A DNA stretch of 33,867 nt from Octopus bimaculoides (taxonomy: Eukaryota), in assembly GCF_001194135.2 (NCBI RefSeq), contig NC_068985.1:121630784-121664650 (forward strand). The letters run 5' to 3'. Positions 20,803-30,469 of this stretch are shown in pieces (the first letter of the stretch is position 1; each line of letters begins with the position of its first letter). A program made the translations under genes and the position numbers. Under the pieces are notes generated by a model. The model saw only the letters and a list, made by a program, of their open reading frames with translations, was not told the origin of the DNA and searched no databases.

Positions 20803-22069
20803 ATCCCCAATGTTTACAAACCCCTAGTGCATATCAATCTCCAACGCTTACCAATTCCCAGCACTTACCAATCCCCAACACTCATACTTATTTTGGTGTA
20901 GTAGATTTTTGCTATTCTTGTTTATGTCTCCTCACAGACATGTATATTCTAACAAGTTGCTTCTTAAATTTTGCCCCTCTCTTGTTAACACCGAGTTAAA
21001 CTTGCAAAGCTGTTTATTTTCTCCTTACGATTTTTAATGTTTATTTTAGTGGTTTACCATACTATCAGTTTGGTCTCCTGGCTAAAATGGTAATGACAAA
21101 TTTTAAAGTTTGCTTGACATTTTATAAGTATGAAAGGGATTAAAATTTTGATACTCCATATCAAAGGTTCCAACAAGAATAGGCAGAAAATCAGAGTTTG
21201 AGACAAGAAGACACTTTCGACCAATCAGAATTCTGTTTATATAATCAGGTTGATCAGTCACCTTCCTCTGTCGGTTGAGTAAAGTGTCATCCAAGCTAAT
21301 GTTTATTGGTAATTAGACTTATTTTGCAACACTTGTGTGTATTTATCAGCTTTGTTTTTGTTGATAAGAATTATCAACAACTTTTCCTGTGATCATCATT
21401 TCAGAAGACATACAGAAGTATGCTAAAGATCGGACATAATCTCTTGTGGGCAAACACTTCATAATTTAATAGCTTTCAATGTGATACCTGTTAAACAGAA
21501 ATTATTTTTATTTAATAAAAATTTAATAAAATCTAATCATAAGTAAGTGAAATTATGCTAAATATAACTAAATTGAAAGCCTTTTTTCCTTGGCCATATC
21601 AGCAATTTTGAGAACTTTTGGGTGCCAATTTTACATGAGTAAAAGCTTTGTTTAATAATTTTTATCCTGAAAATCACCTGTGTAAATTACACAGGTGCAC
21701 AAACTACATGGGTTTTTTTTATAGTATATCTATTTATCTATCTTGATATATATATATATATATATATATAGTGTTTTGAATGGCACAACAATGCACTATA
21801 ATAACTGTTGTAATTTGATCATCCAGAGTCTGATATGATATTTCGGAATATAAAATTCCTTCTTTAGATATCCCCAGGAATTGATGGAGTTGCTGCTATA
21901 ATTGGTTTTCCAACAGCTTTCTGTTTTTAGAAGCACCTCAGCAGTGGTCTCATGAAGTTCCTTCCAGAATTCCTCATGAGAAGTGCGCAAGATCAGCCAT
22001 GTCTCAAAATGATTGAAACAAATAAAAGAATAAAATACAAATTTTTACATATTTCTCTGTTTATCTTTT

Positions 22070-22140
22070 ATTTGTTTGAGTCTTTAGACTGTAGCCATGC
22101 TGGGGTGCTGACTTGAAGGGTTTACTCAAACCTGATTCTT
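22070..22140 (-). mobile_element. OR-type SINE 3' end fragment
   Basis: gtctttagactgtagccatgctggggtgc is the reverse complement of the SINE 3' end. Confidence 0.6.
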
Positions 22141-22172
22141 TTTTCTTTCTTGTACTTATTCTATTGGTCTGG

Positions 22173-23035
22173 TACTGTGCCTAGGGTTGTAGCATAACTT
22201 GTTTCACCAACTCATTTGAAAAACTGTTGAAAGCATGCGCTCATTCAAAATGGTAGAAGTGTATAGTATAAATAATATAGGTAGCCCATTAGCAATTCAA
22301 ACCTAAAGGCAAATTTATAAACAAGGATACAAAACAGTACCAGTATTGCTAGAAACAAGAGTCAAAAACAACTCAAAAAACCACAAAAAGCACTAACTCA
22401 ATAAGTTGATGAAAGAGAAGATGCAAGAAAGCTCCTTACCATAAGTGAGAAAAACTCCCACAAGAAGTAGCAGTTGTATCCATATCACATGATTTCAAAC
22501 TGTGAATCATTTCATCTTAGTTCTAATCAGTGGATCTTACTGTGCCTAGAGTTGTCACTTATTAAGTTAGTGCTTCTTGTGGCTTTTTTAGTCGTTTTTG
22601 ACTCTTCTTTCTAGCAATGCTGGTACTGTTTTGTACCCTTGTTTATAAATTTGTCTTCAGGTTTGAATTAACAAGTCACCTATATTATTTACACTATGCA
22701 CTTCTACCGTTTTGAATGAGCGCATGCTTTCAACTGTATTTCTCATGAGTTGATGAGATGAGTTATGCTACAACCCTAGGGGCAGTAAGATCCACTAACA
22801 AGGGTTAAGATGAAATGATTCAGAATTCGAAATCACATGATATGGATATATCTGCTACTTCTTGTCTCACCACGGCAAGGAGCATTCTTGCTTCCTCTCT
22901 TTCATCGACTTATTGAGTTAGTGCTTTTCTGGATTTTTGAATCATTTTTTACTCTTGTTTCTAGTAATGCTGGTACTATTTTCTACTCTTATTTATAAAT
23001 TTGCATTTAGGTTTGAATTGTTAACAGGCCACCTG

Positions 23036-23040
<5 letters not shown>
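22173..23040. repeat. ~350-365-bp satellite-like unit: ~1.05 forward copies, then ~1.35 inverted copies
   Basis: tactgtgcctag recurs at 22173 and 22538. 22557-22787 is the reverse complement of 22173-22406. acttatt.agttagtgc recurs at 22557 and 22908. Confidence 0.9.
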
Positions 23041-23078
<38 letters not shown>

Positions 23079-23083
<5 letters not shown>

Positions 23084-24531
23084 TCATCCCATAAGTTCTG
23101 TCTGATTTTTACCTTTTTTAAAACTGAATGAAATTTAATAGTATTTTAGAATGTCTAATGGAATTAGAAATTATTTTTATGCATTTGTGTACATTTAAAC
23201 TAATTAAATATTATTTTACAGAATAATAGAATTAAAATTTCTTTGATTAAAACCCTTTCATCATCATCACCATCATCATCGTTTAACGTCCGCTTTCCAT
23301 GCTAGCATGGGTTGGACGATTTGACTGAGGACTGGTGAAACCGGATGGCAACACCAGCCTCCAATCTGATTTGGCAGAGTTTCTACAGCTGGATGCCCTT
23401 CCTAACGCCAACCACTCAGAGAGTGTAGTGGGTGCTTTTACATGAAAGTATCCAAAGAGTATTTGAGGCACATAATGCTTTATGAGTACAAAAAAGGAAA
23501 CTCTGCAACCGAAGTGATTTGAAACATACACTCGGTTTATGGGAAAGAATGCTTGAATGAAAGAACGTGCAGAAGATGGTTTGCAAAATTCAGAAGTGGA
23601 GATTTCAGCCTTGAAGATGAAGATCGAACAGGATGTCCAGTTGAGTTTGATGATAAATTCCTTGAGGTAATACTTGAAGAAAATCCTGCATTATCAGTTA
23701 AAGAATTGGCAATAAAGCTTATTTCAAACCATACAACTGTTCATCGTCATCTTCAACAACTTGGAAAGTTTCCTAAACTTGGAAAATAGGTGCCTCATGA
23801 ATTGTCCAAAAGCAACCACAAATCGCAAGTTGACATCTGCTCTTCTCTCCATTCTTGCAAACTCATTTCACCCTTTTTGGATAGTCTTGTGACTGGTGAT
23901 GATAAATGGATCTTCTATCGAAATGTTAAACGTCGTAAACAGTGGCTTGGTAAAAGGGAAAAAGCTCAACCACAACCGAGAAGGGAACTTCATGGGAAAA
24001 AGGTTCTCTCTACCTGGTGGGATTGCAAAGGAGTAATTCACTTAGAATTGTTACCACCTAATGCAACAATCAATGCTCAAGTCTACTGTCAGCAATTAGA
24101 GAATTTGAACCAAGCTTTGAAGGAAAAAAGACCACTTTAGTGAATCGAAAACGAGTGATGTTTCATCAGGACAATGCACAACCCCACACTGCAAAGATCA
24201 CATCACAGAAGATCGAAGATCTTGGTAGGGACAAGATTCCTCATCCACCTTATTCACCTGACCTTGCTCCTTCAGACTACCATTTGTTTCGTAGTTTACA
24301 GAATCATTTGGGGAACATAACTTTCGCAAGCCATTAGGAGGTCGAAACTGATATTTCAAAGTTATTCCCTTTGAAACCAAAAGAGTTTTACATTGATGGG
24401 ATTAAAAAGCTTGTAAATAGATGGAAGGAAGTCATAGATAATCAGGGAAAGTACATTGATGATTAAATTTCAATTAAATATAACATTTGATCACTTTATT
24501 CAAAATTCAGACAGACCTTATGGGATGACCT

Positions 24532-24533
<2 letters not shown>
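23079..24533 (+). mobile_element. Full-length mariner transposon, defective, embedded in (TA)n on both sides
   Basis: TIRs tcagatcatcccataagttctgtctgattttt / aaaattcagacagaccttatgggatgacctga. Transposase 23442-24466 has VPHEL, VTGDDKW, HQDNA and [14 protein letters not shown] (DD34D residues present), with stops and frameshifts. Confidence 0.96.
23258..23441 (-). mobile_element. Short RTE 3' tail fragment inserted into the mariner 5' UTR
   Basis: (cat)n-cgtttaacgtccgctttccatgctagcatggg... is the reverse complement of 17690-17865. Confidence 0.93.
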
Positions 24534-24575
<42 letters not shown>

Positions 24576-24609
24576 TATATGTATGTATGAATGTATGTAT
24601 GTCTGTATG

Positions 24610-24770
24610 TATGCGATGGGCTTCCTTCAGCTTCTGTCTACCAAATCTACTCACAAGGCTTTGGTTGTCTGGAGCTTTTGTAGAAGTCACTTGCCCAAAA
24701 TACCACACAGTGGGACTGAACCCAGAACCATAGGGCTGAGAAGCAAACTTCTAACCACACAGCCATGCCT
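24610..24770 (-). mobile_element. OR-type SINE, 5' half
   Basis: ccaaatctactcacaaggctttgg...gggactgaacccagaacca...aaccacacagcca is the reverse complement of the SINE head. Confidence 0.8.
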
Positions 24771-25388
24771 GCACTTTAGCTTTCACATTATAACAATTTT
24801 TCAGTTCAAGATTTTAAATTTAGATTTTAACATATTAATAAGAGTGTTTCCAGGCGGCTTAATGTTTAAAGAGTTAACCTCTATGTCCCTTTGAATTCTG
24901 AGTTCAATTTTAAGTTGGAGAGAGAAAGACTATTCTTCTTCCAAGTGAGGTTGGAAACGAAGTATATAACAATTATACTAGGATTGGTTGAGTCAAATAA
25001 GCATGTATACATTCACACACACATACACATATGTGTGCATACATGCAAAAAGTACAAACACAGTTGGGGCAACTAAACTAAAACAGAAACAAATATCTAA
25101 TTGACCTTAAAAAAGATTTGAACACAGAATAATAGGACTAGTCTTTCAAGATGTAATGATAGTTGGGTGAAATAAGTATTTATAGCATGAAAACTGACAA
25201 AAATTTCCAGGTCAAATTCAAAAACTCAGACTGACAAGATGTAAAGTGGGCATTAAAAGACGATAATGACATACATGCATGGATACATACATATATTCAT
25301 ACATACATAGATATGTATATTGAGCAGAGTGACTCAAGGGCCAAGAATTTTGTGTGTTAGTTTTATTTTTCCTGTTTGCATCACCAAA

Positions 25389-26092
25389 CATCATCATCAT
25401 TTATCATCCATTGTCCATGCTGGAGTAGGTTGGATGGTTTGACCAGGGATGGTAAGCTGGGGAGGCTGTACCAAACTCCAGTCTGATTTGGCATGGTTTC
25501 TTTGGCTGGATGTCCTTCCTAACACCAACTGCTTTTATGTGCCACTAGCACAGGTGCAAGTTGTGTGACGCCGGTATCTGTCACAACTATGATTTCACTT
25601 GGTTTGAGGGGTCTTCTTCTCAAGCACAGCATATTGCCAAAGGTCTCGGTCATTTGTCATTGCCCCATGAGGCCCAACACTCAAAAGGTGCTTTTTACAT
25701 GGAACCAGCATGGCTGCTAGTTATGCAACAAGGCATTAGCCACATTGCCTCTTAAGGCCCAATGCTCGAAAGGTGCTTTTTATGTGCCAGTTATGTGACA
25801 CTGACAACGGCCACAATTATGATTTCACTTGGTTTGATGAGTCTTTTCAAGCATGGCATATCTCCAAAGGTCTCAGTCACTAGTCATTGCCTCTGTGAGG
25901 CCCAACGTTCAAAGATCATGTTTCACCACCTCATTCCATGTCTTCCTGGGTCTCCCTCTTCCACAACTTCCTTTCACTGGTAGAGATTGACATTTCTTCA
26001 CACAGCTGTCCACATCCACATGTCACATGACCATACCAGTGCTTTTTATGTGCTACTGGCACAGTACAGGTGCCAGTCAGTACTTTTTACAA
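25389..26092 (-). mobile_element. Rearranged RTE 3' end with a duplicated ORF-end/UTR junction
   Basis: (cat)n tail at 25389. Coding remnant HWYGH...DSCVKKC...GRGRPRKTWNEVVKHDL at 25826-26042. ORF-end sequence is present twice. Confidence 0.85.
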
Positions 26093-26345
26093 GAGANNNN
26101 NNNNNNNNNNNNNNNNNNNNNNNNNNNNNNNNNNNNNNNNNNNNNNNNNNNNNNNNNNNNNNNNNNNNNNNNNNNNNNNNNNNNNNNNNNNNNNNNNNNN
26201 NNNNNNNNNNNNNNNNNNNNNNNNNNNNNNNNNNNNNNNNNNNNNNNNNNNNNNNNNNNNNNNNNNNNNNNNNNNNNNNNNNNNNNNNNNNNNNNNGGAG
26301 AGAGGGGGAGAGAGGGGAGAGAGGGGGAGAGTGAGAGAGAGATTG

Positions 26346-26420
26346 TTAGTTAATAAATTATTATTATTAGTTAATAAATTATTATTATTAGTTAATAAAT
26401 TATTATTATTAGTTAATAAA
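26346..26420. repeat. 21-bp tandem repeat ttagttaataaattattatta, about 3.6 copies, next to a (GA)n tract and gap
   Basis: Units start at 26346, 26367, 26388 and 26409. Confidence 0.95.
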
Positions 26421-26699
26421 CTGTATGGTAATGACCTGGTACTTTACCAGTAAAACATTCATTTTCTCAGTGTTCATTGGGTATTTTATTAATGAAAGAT
26501 GTACGATATGAGAATGTTTATTGATTACTACAATAATTTCAACTCACCTAGCATCGATTCTTCATGGGCGGGATACTAAACAACTAGTTTAGGAGTATCC
26601 ATCAATGTAGATGTGTCTCCTCAGATGATTACAAGATGTATCTCATTAAAATAACATCTGTTCTACAAGATTTCTTCTTGGTATGTGAATACAAAAGCA

Positions 26700-28205
26700 G
26701 ATATATAGATAGATTTATTTATTAGCCATGCAGGGACAAACACAGAGGGGACAATACAATATAGAACTTTTCTTTTCCAAAATCGATCAAAAGGGAACGA
26801 AAATCTTTTTTCTTTTTTTTTTTTGACGTGTAAATAGGGAAATAACACAAAAAATAGGGAAATAACACAAAAGTCGTTGTTAACAATTAGACTTCCCAAT
26901 AGGGGGAGGAAATGTAACATTAACTAGGTTTATGAGTGGAAAGAAAAACCTACAAAAAAGAACCATGGTAACCTCAGAAACAAAAAAGGAAAACATTAAC
27001 ATGAGAGCAAGGTGCTCTTTCTCTCTTTGTGGGTGTGTTGATGTTGTTGCTGTTGTTGGTTTTGGTTGGTGGCTGTTGGGATGTGATGTATGGATTGTTG
27101 GGGATGAGGGGTTAGTCATTTTCCCTTTTCAGGCTTTGGTACTTCTGTAGCTGTTGTTGTTGTTGGTGGTGGTGTTGCTTCTGCTGTTGGTTGTGTTGAT
27201 TGGTTTGAGTTGGTTGAGTTGGTTTGTTGCTTTGTAGAGCTGTTTCATCCATCCGTGGAGCTCTTTCATCTGCTGTGCTGATGGCAGTGTGGTTAATAGT
27301 GCTGGTTTGCAAGTAGTGTTCTCTTTTTGTTGTTGCTGCTGGTTTTGTTGTTGTTGCTGTTGATCTTTTATTGTTGGGCAGTCAATTTTTAGGTGGTTTT
27401 TAGGTGACACCGTGGTCTTCTGCTTTCAACAGCCACATGTAAAGTGCTACTGTCCAGCAGTTTTATAATATCTGACACATTTTCTATTGTCTCTTGATTG
27501 GATTGAACCAAGAGTTTGAATACCTGACCTATCCAGCTTGTTGTTTGAGGATAACAATTTCCAAAATGTTAATAACTTCCTCAAAATTGTAGTAGATGGC
27601 TGATACCAGCCATCGTGCATCTATTTCAGGGGCACATCTTTAAGTTTTATTTTTGTAACCTGATGACCTAGGTACATAGGAATCATTATGACTTATTCAC
27701 ACTCTAGTAACTGCGTAGAGTAAGCTTTTGTTTGTTCCTCTGTGTCAAATCTGACTTCATCTGTGGCAAATCTTTTGCCCCTTGTGATGTATTTTATGTA
27801 TGCCCATATGAGCCTTAAACATTTTTCAGTTGTTTGTTGATTTATGTTTTTGGGCCTTCTCATTTTAAAATTTATTGTCTTGTATGTAATGTTTTTTTTG
27901 TTAATATTTTCTAAAATGTGTTGCGGTATGTTTAGTTTTATTGTATTACCCTCCTTAGATAGAAAGTATCTTGTTTACATTAGTGGCGTAAATGAAACAA
28001 TTCGTTTCCTTTGCCTCAGAGCTGAAGCAAAGTTACTTTGTCTGTTTGTGTTGGTGGTGGTGGTGGTGGTAGTGATGGCAGTAGTGGAGATAGTGGTGGT
28101 GGCAGTAGTGGTGGTAATAGACATGTGTTCATTCTTCTTGCTTTCCTTTCCCACTTGTTTGCTCCGAACACTGTTGTCAGTATGTATGTTGACATTGTTC
28201 AACTG
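26700..28205 (-). mobile_element. Tx1/L1-like element with ORF1 joined directly to the 3' UTR (ORF2 absent)
   Basis: ORF1 remnant NFASAL...KDVPPEIDARWLVSAI...RRPRCH..NHLKIDCP (partial zinc knuckle) with a Gln/Thr-rich tail. 26810-27030 matches the 3' UTR at 28716-28926. Confidence 0.75.
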
Positions 28206-28671
28206 TGTGTGTGTGTGTGTGTGTGTGTNNNNNNNNNNNNNNNNNNNNNNNNNNNNNNNNNNNNNNNNNNNNNNNNNNNNNNNNNNNNNNNNNNNNNNNN
28301 NNNNNNNNNNNNNNNNNNNNNNNNNNNNNNNNNNNNNNNNNNNNNNNNNNNNNNNNNNNNNNNNNNNNNNNNNNNNNNNNNNNNNNNNNNNNNNNNNNNN
28401 NNNNNNNNNNNNNNNNNNNNNNNNNNNNNNNNNNNNNNNNNNNNNNNNNNNNNNNNNNNNNNNNNNNNNNNNNNNNNNNNNNNNNNNNNNNNNNNNNNNN
28501 NNNNNNNNNNNNNNNNNNNNNNNNNNNNNNNNNNNNNNNNNNNNNNNNNNNNNNNNNNNNNNNNNNNNNNNNNNNNNNNNNNNNNNNNNNNNNNNNNNNN
28601 NNNNNNNNNNNNNNNNNNNNNNNNNNNNNNNNNNNNNNNNNNNNNNNNNNNNNNNNNNNNNNNNNNNNNNN
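28205..28671. repeat. (TG)n microsatellite and assembly gap (N 28229-28671)
   Basis: Direct reading of the sequence. Confidence 0.95.
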
Positions 28672-29905
28672 TACAATGTAGAATTTTTCGTTTTCAAAAT
28701 TAAACAAAAACAAAAGAAAATCTTTTTTAGACGTGTAAACAAGGAAATAACACAAAAGTCATTGTTAACAATTAGAGTTCCCAAAAGGGGGAGAAACTAG
28801 GTCTATCCTTGGAAAGAAACTAGGTTTATCTGTGGAAAGAAAAACCTATGAAAAAGAACCACAGTAATCTCAGAAACGAAAGAGAAAAGCATTAACATGG
28901 GAGCAAAGCACTCTTTCTCTCTTTGTTTTATAGGTTCATGTTCAAGGTGGTTCCGTCATTTATTTGTACCATTCTTGCCACATTCACCCACCTTTTGTTA
29001 AAACTTTCATTAGGAAAAACTTCCCTTTCTATTCTCACCTTCCTCTTCAAATGATACTTGAAAACGTTGATGAGAGGTTGGCCAGAGAGGAAAATGTTTG
29101 TCTTTAAACCTTTTGCATGAGTCCACCACACACATTCTTTCACCATAGTCACTAATACAATGAAGACTGCCTTGTCGTCCCGGTTAAAGGAAGGTGGCAG
29201 AGCAATATTCACGATAGACTTGGCCTACAACCGAATTTGTCCCACATGTGACAGCAGCCGTTCAACATAAGCCCACAGGTCTGAAATGTTTGGACATTGC
29301 ACAAGTGTGTGCAGAGTGGTTTCGTTGCTCTGACCACATCTTAGGCAAGTTGGTCCGGTGTTTCTTGAAGCATGCCTGTAGACCTTATCCCAAATGGGCA
29401 ATGCTTCCCGATAGCACTGCCAGGCCAGGGAACTCTGGAAATTGTCCATAGGTTCTGGCCCAAAGGTGGTCCTGAAGAGGCAGGGCAGGTATTCCTCGTC
29501 GATGCTCAGGGTCTCTCCAAGAATGTCATTGCACCTCCCGTGCACTAATCCTCTATAGAACGCCTTCGTGGAATTGAAGACGCACAAGTATGATCTCGGA
29601 TGGCAGCACTGCTCAAGAGTATCTCAACACCCACAGTGCCATTTACCCAGCCATAGTCTCTGTTTAATTCACAATTGCAGTACAGTCAAAGAGACGAGCT
29701 GCCTGAAAGTGCATCTCACAAACAGCAACCACACCTGTTCACTGTTGTCTTTGAAACACTGGAGATGTCGCAGTCTCAGCACATGTCTGCACATCATTAA
29801 CCACAGCATGCCCAGCCCTCCATCTAGCGGATGTTGGCAGCAAATGGATCACCTGACCATCGAAACGATTCTCTTCTACAAAAAGTGGAAGCGTATGCAT
29901 TCCAA
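28672..29905 (-). mobile_element. 5'-truncated Tx1/L1-clade LINE: ORF2 C-terminus (stop 28928-28930) and 3' UTR
   Basis: FL*KR..SICCQHPLDGGLGM, LAWQCYREALP, and the CCHC motif CLRCGQSNETTLHTLVQC are typical L1/Tx1 post-RT features. Confidence 0.88.
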
Positions 29906-30040
29906 CATTAAAATTTTTAAAGAATTTTATACATTCTACTAATTGTAGAGGTAGACCATTAAGTGCAAAAAGTGCATCATTCCTATATAATCCATTTATA
30001 TGCTGGGGAATTGCTGTTTAATCTGCAAAAAAAGAAATAG

Positions 30041-30178
30041 ACCTAGGTTGTCAGATTACAAAACAAATTGAAGATGTGCTCCCTGAAAGAAAAGCACGAA
30101 TGCAGGTGTCAGCCATCTGCTCTAATTTTGATGAGGTTATTAACATGTTAGAAATTGTCATCCTTGAACAACAAACTC
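30041..30178 (+). mobile_element. Isolated Tx1-like ORF1 fragment
   Basis: LGCQITKQIEDVLPE...VSAICSNFDEVINMLEIVILEQQ matches the minus-strand 27525-27675 translation. Confidence 0.8.
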
Positions 30179-30361
30179 ATTAAGGAATAAAAAAATATCC
30201 CATGAATTACTGGTTTGTTGCCTATTATTTTTTTGTGAATAGTAATATTCATAAAATAATAGGTTTAAGTATAAATCTTGGTTTATAAATATTCAAATAA
30301 AAATTCAGAAAATAGAGATGTAGCATTAATATAATTCATTAACTGCAAAAATTCAACATGT

Positions 30362-30445
30362 TCTCTGACAGCTGTTTCGATTTTGCCCAAAAAATTATAT
30401 TCCAATAATTAAAACATTTTTGGGGGCAAAATCTCATCAGAGGAG
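30362..30445 (-). ncRNA. Type I hammerhead ribozyme with a complete catalytic core
   Basis: Minus strand reads ctcct-CTGATGA-GATTTTGCCC-(AU-rich loop)-GGGCAAAATC-GAAA-CAGCT-GTC-agag. Stem II is a perfect 10 bp, stem III is the palindrome ACAGCTGT, and the cleavage triplet is GUC. Stem I is weak (2 bp plus a mismatch). Confidence 0.85.
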
Positions 30446-30469
30446 TAGAAAAGACATACCGTTGGGTTA

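Noticed and set aside
21100-21480. Possible Tc1-like transposase remnant (CMSSE...ADKYTQVLQ) on the minus strand
   Set aside because: Only two short motifs in different frames, with no QDN or SPDLNPIE motif and no TIRs.
21675-21697. Perfect 10-bp hairpin cacctgtgta-aat-tacacaggtg
   Set aside because: It could be a Helitron or MITE end, but it is followed by CTAC rather than CTRR and has no supporting context.
23320-23350. CTGAGGA...GAAAC as a hammerhead (also chance CTGATGA hits at 2284, 27660 and 30751)
   Set aside because: No stem II or no GAAA/NUH, and all lie inside RTE, Tx1 or Helitron sequence.
27282-27296. 14-nt match to the start of mature miR-34 (tggcagtgtggtta)
   Set aside because: It diverges afterwards, has no precursor hairpin, and lies antisense within the Tx1 ORF1.
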